64,000 nt of DNA, from assembly GCA_964247055.1 (NCBI GenBank), contig OZ176050.1:12524001-12588000 (forward strand), read 5' to 3'. The notes beneath the pieces are model-generated. The model saw nothing but the letters and a program-made list of their open reading frames with translations, had not been told where the DNA came from and searched no databases. Below are positions 23,784-38,100 of this stretch, piece by piece; the first letter of the stretch is position 1, and each line of letters begins with the position of its first letter. The position numbers were made by a program, and so were the translations under genes. The DNA is from Paragordius varius (lineage: Eukaryota > Animalia > Nematomorpha).

Positions 23784-26700
23784 TCAAAACTGCCTCAATA
23801 AATCTCGTAATTCCAACAAAGAGTTTTTCATCTAGCAATTATAAAAGTAATAAAATACCATTTTAGATTTTAATTTCTTTAAAAACAATTTCTGTTTCTT
23901 TTTTATGTTTGATAGAAATTCCATTCGTTCCTCACTTTCCAATTTTATTTTGTCATTTTGGATTTCTTTTATGGCTTGGCCAATTATATTGCTATAATTT
24001 ACCAATCTAAATGCAAAAAAAGTGTAAATTTAAAAACAAAATGTAAAAAAATTTTCATCATACCTTTCGTTTTGATTAGCCATATTTTGAGTTAACAAAG
24101 GTTGAATTTCATAAACTCGCTATTAATTTGTATAAGTTTATAAATAAAACTTGTATGGCATCCAGATATTCGATCCAAAGGTTACGATTTATATTGAGTT
24201 GCTCTTTCTCATGGTTAAATATTTTTCTGATAATATTCTCAAAGTTGTAATTATTTTCGCTATTTCTATGCATATTATTATTATAAATAACATTTAAAAA
24301 CATATAAATGTGATAACAAAATCTTAAAAACCAAAACCTTGGGTTATTAGAAGGAATTAGGGCTTGGTTTTTAATTTATAAAAATCTCGTGGTTTTTTTA
24401 TAAAAGCATGTTGTTTAAGAGACAAATTAAAAGATTGCGCTATTAAAAAAGTGATCAATGAGCTGTTCACCACGCTTAGTATTTATAGAAAATTGCCGCC
24501 GTTCACAAAAAAATAAAACTATATTTTAGTATTTAAAAAATTGGAATTTACAGACAATTTAAAGGAAAACATCAACATCAACAAAAATATTAATTTTATG
24601 AGAACATTTTAAAAACATGCCCTCTGCCTGCACCAATAAATAGTTGATTTTAAAAAGGCTTGAGCTTTAGATGAGATAAAATAATGGCTTTCGATTATGT
24701 TTTTTCTAAAAAAGCGATTGAAAATATTGAAAAGACATGGTACCGGTTCCAAACATATATGAGAAGCGGTTCTGCCACAAAAATAGATGCATGTAAATGC
24801 CAATTATATGACAAATGGAATAATTTTGGGATTGTCAAAAAAACAACGACCTATTTTCAAAGCCGATTTAGCCGGTTTCAAGTGCAGAGAATTTAGAAAT
24901 AAATAAACTTCTAGCTTTTATAGATAAAAAAAGGAATAACCCTTTTTACACTAAATATCTAAATTTCAATTACTATTCCGCTACGCTAGCACAAACTGAT
25001 AATTTATTATAAATTTTTATCTTCAACTATTATATGAATATGTATTGTGGCCTATTGCCAAATTTTAAATGGAAATCCAAATTAAGACAAATGTATGGGT
25101 TCTTTGAAAACATATTTTGGTCAATAATCATAGGGTTGTTAATAAATCCAAAAAATTAAGATTTTAAATATAATTTCCAAAAAAATTATTTTTAAAATCA
25201 TATACCCGCTTTCAAGTAGAGATTTAAAATCAGGTAAAGCTATCATTTCTGTGGGGACCTATGAATACTTGGTTAAAAGCTTATATAAACTTTTGTAATA
25301 TTATGTTTTTGCTTGACATCATTATTGTTGATAGGTTGTTTTGAACCACTTTTTATTTTGGTCGATATTTTGACGGAACTTATATGGCCTAAAATATAAA
25401 TATTTATATAATCAATATATTCGTCAAAAGGTAAATATTAAAAAAATCATACTTAATTTCTTGTAGGAAGTACACATGCTCATATCTTGTAACTAAACAA
25501 ATGAAAAAGGGAAGTATATAAAATTATTATTAATTTTCTGGTTTTAACCATTTATAACTGTCTGATCAGAGGGGATAATAAATTTGTTTTGTTTAAAATA
25601 TATTTTAATCCTATTAATCTGGAAAAACTGATATTATAATTACTTCTTGAAATTGTTGACATATTGATAGCAAATCATTGTTGTTTGGGTATGATGGCGA
25701 CGATTGGATTGATGTGTTTTTATTTGTTTTATTCTTATCTCCATAACTAAAATAAAAAATATCAGATTAAAATGGCCTTATCAGTAATGTGTTGATAATT
25801 TAAAGTCTTAATAAAAGAATATAGCCCTACATATCCCTATATTTTTATCATTTCTATGAATTTAATATTGCAATTTATAAGCTTATTTGCCAAAGAGTTA
25901 AAAGATACTATAAAATCGTTCCAAGATTCTCAACAAAATATCCCTAGTGTATGTTATAAAAGCATCAACACATTTTTTTTTCCACACCAAAATAGATTAA
26001 TTACAAATGTCGGTAAACTAAATCCATGTAGGGCGTGTTGTTAGAATTATCGGATTCTATCGTGCGCTGGAAAGAGCTGGTATTTTGCAAAGTTGTATCT
26101 TTAATCAATGGTTTATTATAACTACAGATTGCAGCGGGTTCGGTAGGTTTTATATTGGGCTAGACATTTTTAAATATGATCCATTTTGAAAATAAATTAA
26201 ATTAAGTTCAAAAATATTTTCGTGTGATAAAATAAAACTTACATGTGAATCAACCGTTTGTGATTGATTGGAAACGTTATTGGTTTTTTCTAAAGCACTC
26301 TTATTTTTTATCGTTAAGTTTGAGACATCATCATATTCAGATTCTGTTGTATAAGGCGATGGATTTAAAACATTAGCATAACTATCATTAATTTTATTTT
26401 TGCCGGCTAAGTGGTTCCTCTTATTTTTTTCAACTTTTTCGATGACGAGTTCATTGTAGGATGTGTTTTTGGTTTCATCAAGCAGGAGTGAAACATTATT
26501 CTTTTCATTGTGTTTAAAATCACGTTCAGAATCTTTTTTACAGGTATTTTTATCGGATGGAAAATTAACCGAAACATTAACCGATAGAACTGATGGTTGG
26601 TTATCAACACCACCTTGGGAAGATGTAGAGTTTGATGCAGGTGAAACTACTTTATTTTGCTGAGAGCGACTTTTACCAAAGTTATTAACGTAAGAGTTAT

Positions 26701-29700
26701 TCTCTTTTTCATTACTTTTGTTTGCAATATTATTATATCTTTTCTTATAAGGATTTTCTATTGATAGAGTTGTTTTATTAACTGTATTTAGCAGCTCTTT
26801 TTCTGGCATCAAATCGTTTCTTTTTCGTTTTTTGCCATATGTGTTTAGTTCTGTGGTAAAAACGGAATCTTTATTTATTGTTGTTTCCGAAACTAACGTT
26901 TTAGATTTTTCGTTCATATTATTGTCATCAAATCGTTCAAAATTTTTAGATGTTATGGTTTCTTTGGGTTTTTTAATTTCCCTTAATTTGGCAAATTCAA
27001 TATTATTTGAAAAATTTACAACCTTATTATTACAATTTATTTTGTCTGGACTATGCTCTAATTTGGTAGCATTCTTCTTCTTGTCTTTAGTTTGTTTCCT
27101 ACCCGATGTCGTATCAATAATGATCGCAGATGGTTTTTGATTGATTTTAATATCGAAGCTATTATCTTTTGGTTCAATAGTCTCTATATTTTCTTTCTTC
27201 AGTCCTGGGCTAAGCAATTTCGATTTTGATAATGCAGTTGCCTTTTTCACGCTTTTTGCCGTATTCAATGATTGCTCAATCAATAACTCATTTTCGGTAT
27301 CAAAATCGTAAGCCTCTTCAGTGATAACCGGCTTTTTAAGCACTATTTCCCTGGGATCTTTTATTGTTTTGTTTAAACTTGTATTAGTAACGTGCGTTAT
27401 TGTATCTTCGTATCGTGCAATTTGCGTGTTAGTTATTTCACATTGTTTAGCATTTCGATTTACTGATTTTTTTTCCATTTTAGGTGGCAATTTTGTATTA
27501 TCATTCAATAAACTATTTTTAGATGAAGTGTTTTGAGATTGTTCATTAAGTTTTTGACTTAATCTTGTTTCATAACATTTGATAACGGTAGTTTTTTCCG
27601 CTTTATCTTTAGCATTTACCTTTTTGACTGGACTCGTGGATGTTTTAGTTTTGGATGACGCATTGTTTAATGGAAAATCTTTTGTCAAAGGGGTATATCT
27701 ACGCACTGGAATAGGTTTTCGCTTATTATCAGATATATTATTATTCCGTAATGATATTTTTTGATTTTCAACTACGGTTTTAGCTGCCTCACGTTTTTTG
27801 GCACCCGGTCTAACAAACACATCCAAACTTTTCGGTGTGGAAGAAAATATAGGGTCTGGGTAGGATTTAGTCTTTTTGATGAATGTTTTAACATTGTTGG
27901 CGGAATTATTTTCATGGTTGACTTGTAAATTGACTGTTTTTTTGTCACCCGCATTGTTTTTATTATCTGCTGACATCTCCAAATTTGTCCTATTATTAAT
28001 GGATTGACTATTAGTTAGGATAATGCTACAATCTTTTATGTTGATCGACTTTTCCTGTTTGGGTGGTTCGAGTTTTTTAACCCCTTCTGATGACTTTTGT
28101 GAGCGTAATACACGGGTAGTGGTTGTTTGACTTAAATTTTCGGGGATCATTAGAAAAGAATCAAATTCTTGTGAAAACGTTTCTAGCGACCGTTTCTCCA
28201 CTGTCTCATTGGACAATGTAATTTTTGTTGTGTCATTAGCGGGATTGTCATTTGGTTTTTCACCTGATTTTTGGGATAATCTCTGGGACATTCTAAGGGG
28301 CCGTAATTGGGTATCTTCTTTTGATACCGCTTTTAATGAAGAGTTTAATGATTTTTGTACTTTTTTATGGTTATTTGCAGATTCATTTATTGCTTTGTCC
28401 TTGATTTTTTGTTGTTCATTAGTAGTTTTCGCAGTATTTTTTAATCTATCTGACTCAATTTTTTCCTCGCTTTTGGAAGATACCCGTTTCTGCAATTCTA
28501 AAAGGATATTAATGTCCGGTTTCGAGCATCGTTCAAATCCTATAGCATAAAATAATAATTGTTATAATTTTTTGCAATATGTGATAAAATTTTGGCATAT
28601 AATAGGAAACATAATAAATTTAAAAATATCTTGAGGTAAAAAAATTTATATAAATATAAATACTCATCTGAGTTAAAGGTGTATTATCGGACGGAGCTTC
28701 GGAATCATAAATAGCAGGTGAGAGAAATGTTGGGCGGCTAATATTATTCTTTTGAGGGGATTTTATCTTTTCGGTACTTACAGTTTTTTCATTGTCCTTA
28801 ACTATATTGATGGATTTGTGTTCGGAACTAATTTTAATAATATTATTTATAAAAAAATATTCAACAAAGTAAAAATAAAAAGAATTTGCAATGATGATAA
28901 TTAAACTAGCGTTATAAAATAATTTTACCAATAAAATAATTATAGTTTTACCTGATAGGTATAGGTTGTGAAACGGTAAGTTGGGATCCATTGTTTAGAG
29001 TTGTGTTTAGGGTAAAACCAACTATATTATTCTACAGTTGTATAAAATGGTAAATGATAAATATGATTATTGAATAGAACCGAATAAAATTTTATTATTT
29101 TTGTTATAAATAGCGCATAAATAATACCTGGATTTGACAACCAAACATTTCTCCCAAAGCTTTAGAAAAGGACGCCTCATAGGGGAAAAATATGTTAATA
29201 AAATTTTGACTTCCGTTATTTTGCCCATTACTCTCTGGAAGAATCGCTACTCTGTGGGGAGATGAAACGCGTAATAAATGCACCAAACTAATGTTAACTT
29301 GAACTCGAAATTCAATTGTAGGTTGCCATTCTAAATTAATTTACATGAATATTTTATGATAATTTTTAATGCTTAAATTAGCCTTACTCGTGACTGATAA
29401 GGAGCTTATTTGATACTTGAAAATCTCCATGCTTTCCCATCGTTCTTGGTTTCCTTCCTAATAATAGATGCAATATTTTGTTTAAATTACGTTATAATGT
29501 TTATTCCTGATCTTAACATTTTTTAGCTTTTTTTAAAATTTTACCACATAATATATACCTTATATGCCACATTGAATGAAAGTGAAGATGTGATGATGTT
29601 AATATCCAACCATAATTGCGTAACATTATCTTGAAATTTTATTATTTGCATCAAAATGTCGCCAAAACAAACGGAAAAACAATCAAACGAAAATACACGA

Positions 29701-30716
29701 CGTTTAATAGGTAACGTAGCCGATTGCCCGTTTTTATTTGAAGACACTTCTTTATCTGGAATCATTGGATTAAATATATTTAAAAAATTGCGACATCCCT
29801 AAATTTAGGTTTTAATGGTTGTTTAAACTTTGGTTATATCAATGACACTGATTTCATTGAATTTATTAATTAATTCCGTCTGATTCTTAAAAACCAAATT
29901 TAAAACTCTGGCTTTGTTAGTGGATGTCATAACTTTGAACAACAACTCTATTATCATGCTTTGTAAGTGAAAATCTACAAAAATATTATTGCCAATTTAC
30001 CCCCAACTTTGGATAATAAAATAGGAAAATTCGATCTAAACAATTTAAAGCTAATATTATACATTATTTTGGTATAATCCATATTCTTAAATGCCTCATT
30101 TTTAGCACTTTCATCCATTCTGAATGCAACAACGATAGCGGTTTTAAGGATCTAATATTAAAAGTCATTTTACCCGAATAAAGCTATCGATTGTGGAAGG
30201 ATATTTAAATGACATTTTATATAAATGTATTATCAATTTGGTAAGGATAACATGAGAACCTGTAATTAAAATATGCATTACCCATCATATTAATATTAAC
30301 GCAAATCTACATTCATTAGTTTTTGTTTTACCTTGATAGTCTCTTCAATATTTTCCAATATTTGGGCCCTTTCATTATTTGACATTTTTACTACAAAGAA
30401 AAATCCATACAAATCGTAAATCTTGGTGTTATACCTAAGGTTTACTTGATTAATCAATCGAATATAATTTTCCGCAAATCCATGTTTCAAGTTAGTTAGT
30501 GTTAAATATTTTTTTAAATAAGTAACAGCTTCATTCAAATAACTAAAATCTGGCCCTTCTTTAATCTACAAAAAGTATATTAAATAATGTTACCTTCAAA
30601 AAAAGGGCCGTCAAGGATTTTAGAATGGCATTGGCATGGAAAGGCTTTAAAGTTTCCGAAATATCGTAAAAACTTACGAATTTTTCATATTCTATACATC
30701 CATGTTTGAGTTGCAT
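23784..30716 (-). CDS. SYCP2: Synaptonemal complex protein 2-like (SYCP2/SYCP2L family); 5' end and some 3' exons uncertain
   Basis: Exons 30716-30678, 30644-30594, 30565-30301, 30259-30174, 30151-30063, 30035-30001, 29974-29829, 29798-29559 splice in phase. They give LSKVGDFHLQSMIIELL...CRNFLNIFN...KRRVFSFDC...LWLDINIITSSLSF, followed by a ...RWESM exon. This matches vertebrate SYCP2 as recalled (GDYDLQVGIVEAL, CRIFLNLVN, KRRVFTFPC, FWIDFNLGSQTLSF, QWEAV). A 2297-nt low-complexity exon (28539-26243) follows, and the likely last exon reads MKNSLLELRDLLRQF* (23831-23784). Confidence 0.8.
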
Positions 30717-30965
30717 AACCTATGTTGCGACTAATCAGACGATTCAAAATTATCGTTTGGTTTTTAACAGTTAGCAACTTTATACTTTTTTATACACATA
30801 AATAGCTAAAAATAAGCCACAAATAAATTATATATTTATTAGAGTCATATTTTTTTATTAACATTAGAATATTCATGAATAAATCTTTGCATAAAAATCT
30901 TTTTACAAAATAGATACACAGATATTTATTATAATTTTGAGGTTTGATTTTTGCAATAATTATAA

Positions 30966-33020
30966 TCAATGCCTCTTTTTATCCTTCTTTAGTTTTTTGG
31001 TTATATTTTCGCGAATCGAATGTTCGTGATTTTTAACTTTGATCGATAGTTTATGTTTATGACGATGATTATCTTTTTGAGTGGGTTTATGAGCTTTTTT
31101 CTGTTTAATATGCCTTTCTAAATTATGGGTTGCCGTGGAAACAGTACATGGTGTGGTACCAGTCAAAGAAGTAGTTGTTGAATCCTTGATGGTTGTACAA
31201 GTTTTGCATTTATCTTTTTTGGAGACGGCATGCTTTAAATTTTGACTTTGGTGCATGGTTTGTATGAATAACCGTTCCATTTCTTTCAGCTCACGCATTA
31301 GCAGAGCATTTTGAAACTTTAAATCTTGGCCAACTAAATTTACTTTATGATGACTGTGGTGAGGATTGGATATCTTTTGCGGACTCTTCAAATGTTTATT
31401 ATGGAAAAACTTTTTAAGTTTTATGTGTTTATGCTTGATAATAACGGTCGTTGCCCCAATTATAGTGCTACTCTCTTGAGTACTTTTTGGGCTCCGGCTT
31501 GTTACATATACGAGTTTTTTGGACATTTGGGGAACGGGTGTGGCCAATAGTGTGTTAAGATCTTTGGTTTTATGAGCCTAAATGATAAGTGTTCAAAATT
31601 TAATTTTAGTTGTCATATGTCAAAAAATATTAAAGTATAAAATTATTTTATAAATGTTATATATCCATTTCAACTCAAATAAAATGTCGGATTATTCAAA
31701 AATACTTTTAAACTTTTTATCAACAAACATATTAAGTAGGTTAGACATAAGTGTACGAATTGCATGCCACACTTGCACAAGGCAAGCAGAAGCGATATAA
31801 CTTATACATAAAAATTAAACATAGTTCAGTTAGTTCTAAATCAAATATATTAAAATCGAAAAAATAATTGTACATATAATTATTTTTTAGCAACAAAACT
31901 ACTGTAAATGACCTTTGTGCGCGTTGGTGTGGACAGGAGTCCATTTAAACTATGGTGTAGGGATAGCGGAAGATTAATAGATAAATCTATGTTCATGTTA
32001 AGATTGTGGCCCGCACGGTTCCAAGGCAAGTCAAGTCTTGGTTGAATATTGCAGATACACATTTTTCGCTTGCCTTTCTCAAGGCTGCACTCAGAAGCCT
32101 TACTGGAATAATTTGGAGTTTGTGTGGTTAGACCCGATCTCTCCTTAGATGTATGTAGTTTTTCATTTTTATCCTCGTGTTTTTGTAACGAGGTGTTATC
32201 GCTTTGCTTATTTTTACATGGGGTTATGTGGACTTTTCCTTGTTTAGTGGTAGATTTCCAGATTGGAAAATTTCTTCCAAATCTGTGCTCTTGATGATGT
32301 GTCTTATAAGCATCTTTATTGAATTCAGCATGTGAATTATGATCGGATTGTTCTTTAGGTATTTTATGTCCAACTTTGGAATGTAAAACACTAAGAGTTG
32401 ATAATTTATGGTGTTGTTCTGGAAGCGTAGTTCCCTTTTCATCGTTCTTGTTATTTGTGTTAGGTTGATTGGTAAAATAATTGGTAACTTGATCGCCGGG
32501 TTCATTAACTTCATTTTTTTTCAAACTTCTTCTTCGGACAGCATGGCGATGTTTTAAAAAAATTTGTGGCTTAAATTTTGCCGGTTCAGAATCTAGTATT
32601 TCAAAAAAATTTATTAATTTTAAGAGTTGATAATGTTATAACTTACTTTAAAAGTTTACTTAGTCAAAAAAAATAATGCATAGATTTATCCAATTTGAAA
32701 TCGTAAAATTTGATCAAAATAATGGATATGGCTGTTAAAGTTAGGTTAAAAATCTTAGAAAACAATTTTACAGACATATAAAATATAATTAATCAAAAAA
32801 TAAGTTAAATTATGCCAGTTGTAAAGATTCATTTATGTTATTTACCCAATAAGCCTTGAATATTTATCAGGGATTTATTACTACTTGGTCTGACAATATG
32901 GGGAAAATTATTATTGTTTGATTCAACAGAAGAGTTAGGAATTTTTTGAGAAAATACTATACCACATACCATGTAAAATATAAACAAATTATAGATATAA
33001 AATAAAATATTTGAGCCCAT
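30966..33020 (-). CDS. Secreted His/Lys/Thr-rich orphan protein, about 488 aa, 3 exons
   Basis: Exons 33020-32846, 32592-31913, 31577-30966 join in phase (1, then 0) and link three ORF-track entries. Signal peptide MGSNILFYIYNLFIFYMVCGIVFS. Confidence 0.8.
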
Positions 33021-33495
33021 TTCATTTAACTGGGGTAAAGATAGTTTCTCGTAATCCTTAAAAAGTTACATGTGTGGTGAGATGCATAAATTAAAATTAG
33101 TCTTTATGCATGTCACCGTATAAATATAAAAAAATTAAATTTATTAATTTTTATTTCTGTTAAAAACAAACCAACTTTTTTTCCATATACAAATGTTTAG
33201 TTTGGCCATGACAATTAAAAATTTTGATGTAACCCATTTATATTGGATAAAAAAATAATGCTACGCAAGTTATACCGGTTTAAATGGGGTCATGTATCAT
33301 GGTTAAATTTGATATATATACATACACACACAGGTAAATAATATATGATATGTAAATTAATAATTGCGATTAGGTAATTATTTTAACAAAAAAATATATT
33401 TGCGTGAAAATAAAGTTTAAATACATTCCGTAAATGATAAACGAAAATATGTTGACAAAACTAGCGAAAAGCGTAAGGAACCAAGATTGGATATA

Positions 33496-33749
33496 TACCA
33501 TTTACAAATCAAATTCACCGATTTTTTTTTAAATTAAAATTACCTATACATATTTTTTCTAAAAATTTTGCAAATTAATATAATACTGAAAAAATAATAA
33601 ACTATGCCATATTCTTATTAATGATGAATTATATTAGCCCGAAAACACATAATTTATTTAAAGGGTGAATTTGAATTGTTTGAGGGTGAATTTAAATCGG
33701 TCAAGAGTGATTTGAATTGTTCGAGGGTGAATTTGAGCTGTAAATGGTA
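33496..33749 (-). mobile_element. 21-bp-repeat MITE, copy 3
   Basis: Perfect TIR TACCATTTACA...TGTAAATGGTA with subterminal 21-bp repeats. Confidence 0.8.
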
Positions 33750-33784
33750 TATATTATATTATCAAAAAAAACTGAAGTTTAAAA

Positions 33785-34035
33785 CAAGGGCGTCCAATAT
33801 ACGGCCCGCAAAAAATTTGAAGATTACCAAATAATCAAAATTCCCTAATTTATCAAAAATATTTACAAATTTCTGATAAAATGGTTATTTCTACAAATTT
33901 TCTATATGACTTTTTCCAAATTTTGGCAACGAACTAGTAGTGTTAATTTACAGTCGTATCTTTGAAATTTAACATATTTATTGATGCTCATATATTTCGC
34001 AGTCAGTAACCCGTGAATTGTGTTGGGCATCCCTG
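33785..34035. mobile_element. Small hAT (Charlie-type) MITE
   Basis: TIR CAAGGGCGTCCAA / TTGGGCATCCCTG, subterminal CGGCCCGC, flanks GTTTAAAA / ATCTAAAA. Confidence 0.55.
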
Positions 34036-35144
34036 ATCTAAAACAATCGAATATAACTTGATCAAACTCTTTTTCAATATAAAATTCCTGTTTATTTAAA
34101 TAAATAAAATGTGGATTATTTCAACTGATAAAAATGTAAACTTTTAAAAGTTGATTAAGTGCATTTAACCGTAATAAATGTGGTTATAAATCTAACATTG
34201 AAAAGCTTTTACAGCAACAATACAAGCAACTTTTGAATGCAAATAGAGTTTCCACATCGTGCAAAACTTTATAAAGGCAAAAAACTATTAATTTACTCAA
34301 GCTATTTAACTTAATTATTTATACCCGTTTATATTCAATCAACCAATTCTCTGCACAAGTACTAAAATATGACAAAAACACAAAGGGACACATTCCCTAT
34401 AAATTAAAGGTTTTTAAAACACTTTTATTTATATCAATTCAATAATTGGCATTAATTAGATTTGGGAAAAGTCTCATTTTCAAAAAAAAAGATATATACA
34501 TATTTAAACTTTTACCAATATTCTAAACCGTTGCAAAGTGAAGTGCGGCTTTAATCAACTCATACCGAAAGAAAGGATGTCCAAAAATGTATTTTAGCAG
34601 GAGGTGTTTTTCATGCGGCCTCCCACAATATAATTTCTCCGGCCCGCGAGAAATTTCAGTTACAAAATTTTACAAAACGTAACTAAAATTGATTTTATTA
34701 AACAAACTTTCTGAATTATCTTTCCAAATTTTGGCAATGAATTAGGAAAAAATGTTAAAACAAATTGTAGTTAGTTTATAAAACATTTGTTAATGCCCAT
34801 ATATTTTTGCAATTGCGGCCAGTGAAGCCAATTATGTTGGACGACACCGCTGTAACCATAACTATAAGTGAATTGAAAACATTTGAATTTAAAAAATCAG
34901 ACTTTACAAAGTTACACATTGCAATCATGTGTGTAATTCATCGAAAAATCTGTTAGCTAAAATAAAATTTAAAAGACATAAAATTAAATAAAAACAAATA
35001 ATAAAGGGGACTAGATCCTAGGAATATATTGTGGGTATCCACTCATAATAATTCACATAAAAAATACAAAGTAAACTCATATTCGAAATAAAAATTTATT
35101 CCGTACAATTATAATTTGAACATATCCAAAATTCTATAAATTTA

Positions 35145-38100
35145 TTATATTCGTTTAACAGCATATTTAACGAGTCTAAGTAAGGCATCAGGCGTTATTC
35201 CAGGTATTTTTGAAGCATTAGCTAAATTGCTTGGCCGGTAAATACGTAGTTTTTCTTTTATTTCATTTGACAAATTAAGGGTTGGACTAAAATTCAAATA
35301 TATATAATTTATTTTTCTCATTTATCAACAAATATTTTTCAAATGTTAAACGAAAAGGGGATTATTAAATCGATTAAGCAACGAAATTACATAAAATTTC
35401 AAGACTTTTGTTTAAGACAAATACAGAAAAAATTAAAATTATACGGACAAAACGGTATGATGACAAATATTTTTATTTAAAAAACAACCAAACTTTAATA
35501 AACCTTAATTTTTCCTATATACAATTGTAAAATATAAAATTAATTGTGTTAGTAATTTATTTCTCTATTTCACACTTTGCCATTTAAAACAATAAGTTAT
35601 ATTGAAATAAATCAAAATTAAAAAAGTATGGTTGTGTTTTAGAAAAAAAATATCTGTCTTTATAATTTTACATTTTGTCTGTATAATTTTAGTTTTTACT
35701 GTATTATAGAATTACTTATCATAATTGATATCTGGCATTAACAAAAGTTGTTCATCCCTTTTTAAGGCTAAGATTTCTTCTTTTTCATCGATGACGGATT
35801 TGGAGTACGTTGCTACAAAAAACAAAGATTAACTTTTAAAAAAATTTAAATTTAAAATTAAAATGAATATTTCATATAAATAGGTTCTAGCCTAGCTTTC
35901 GGTAATCATATTTTAATTCGTCTATACCATGATCAATTTCATTTTTTGCCAATAAAATTACATTTAAACCCTTGAACAAAGGTCGAATGTGGGCTAATAA
36001 AAACACTTTTATACATTTAAGCCAATTTCATTTCAAATACCTATAATTTCGTTGTTATCAAAAATAGTAAGATGTATATAAATCGTAAAATAAAATGAAT
36101 TGTAACCTTCGATTTTGCATCTCATAGCCAAACTATTAATATTATACGGACAGTTTACAGAGATATCGGAAGGAAATTGTGCAATAAGGAATGGCATACT
36201 TTCCAACAAATTTTTTAGCGTAATATGTGGATATGATAACATCTCAAATGCACTAAAACGAACAGAAAAACATAAAATTTTATTAAGGAAAATTTAAAAA
36301 CATTTATTAATAAATTCCAAAAATTTAATGTGATAATAAAAATTTTACTAAAATTTACAAAATGTTTTACCTTTAATTTAATGCATTGTTATATATAATA
36401 TATTAAAAATAAAGTAAGATTTTTAAACAGTGGGATTTCTAAATAATTTCATTAATTTTTCAATCTTAATAACCCCTAAAAATATAATTAATAGAGTATA
36501 AATAAAAATTTATAAACCTTTTAGGTTTGTAGGATGTTCTAGGCGGCTGATGTTTTATTTCATTGTTAAATGCTTTACCATGATCGTTGGCTTTAAGGGA
36601 ATTCTGATAACAAGCATTATATTCACTAGGAGTAATTTTATAAGACTTTAAAATATTCATAGCTTCAATTAAACGTTTGTTTGTGTTTTCAAAATGATTC
36701 CAACGATCTGGGCTAATACAACCATGTCTGAAACCTGAAACATAAATATGAGTCAATTCGGAAAAAAATTAAAGTAAAAGTCAACCAAAATATATATAGT
36801 TATAAATAGGTACACTTTATTAAAAAAATATTACTCGCCGAGAAAAAGGAATAAAAGGATTAAATTATTTAAACCTTAAATATATTATTTCTAAAATTAT
36901 ACAAGCAATAATACTCTAATACCCTTTTAGAAATCAAATTTATTAACGAAATTTATTAGTAAGCTGTTAAATTATTTGGTTACAAGCTATTTCAATTTAT
37001 TTCAATAATAAACATCGTTATGATATGCATTTTATCATCAATTATACATCAATGAAATTCGCAAATATTTCAATTAAAGCTAGTTAATTTCTTATATATT
37101 AACTACACATTTAATTATTATTTGAGAAAATCTATTATTATTTCAGAGTTATAGGGCTAGACTAAAATATCATATTACCTATTGGTGTAAGCCTTTGGTC
37201 AGCATTATCTGATCGTAGGGATAATCGATATTCAACGCGCGTACTAAACATACGATAAGGTTCTGGAGCACCTTTAGTGATTAGGTCATCTATCAAAACT
37301 CCAATATAGCATTCTGAACGGCCAAGTTCAAGGTAGGATACAGGATTATCATTGCATAAACTTGAATCTTTTTGGCATTAATGAAAATAGTTAGGATCCG
37401 TAAAATTAAGTTTTAATGTGTATAAAATAAAATTCCTTTCATTTTTTTTTTTAATTTTATATTTTACGCATTCAGGCTTAATTTTAAAAATAATATTGTA
37501 TAAAAATGCGTAATCAATTTGCGCTAATATTTCCGCAGTCATTTATGAATAGATAATTGAGTCTCGTAACAAAAATCAAAAGAATATTATAAAAAACGCT
37601 CGTAAAATATGGTTAAAAAGCATTATATTAACTAAACCATTCTTTTTACAAGGTTTAAAAGTAGCTAAAAAGATATTTTTCAAAAATATTGTTTATAACA
37701 CCAATTACTTTTAGCATTTGTTGAAATTCTAAATGCTTGATTTTTAGCGTAAATGGCAGCATTGATTCCGGCTATTATACCCTGAGCTGCGGCTTCTTCA
37801 TAACTAAATGGATGTGAAAAAATTGAATTATAAATACTTACACTAAAACTCTAAAAAAACTATCAGGAATAATTAAAATTGCACAGACAAGTTAAAACTA
37901 AATAGCTGAAAAAGATAACCATATCTTTTTAAACCTGATTTTTCCACATAAACTATATAATTTTTATATATGACTGATGCATTTGAATGTATTTAAATTT
38001 TTCACCTCCCTTTGAAACTCAAAATGGTTATATTTAAGAAAATCAAGAAATTAAAAATATAGATAGCTTTAGAATGATTGTCTTTTAGTTTTTACGCTTC

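Noticed and set aside
26463-28550. Plus-strand hydrophobic ORFs (26463, 26832, 27321, 27579, 28209)
   Set aside because: Antisense shadows of the A-rich SYCP2 exon.
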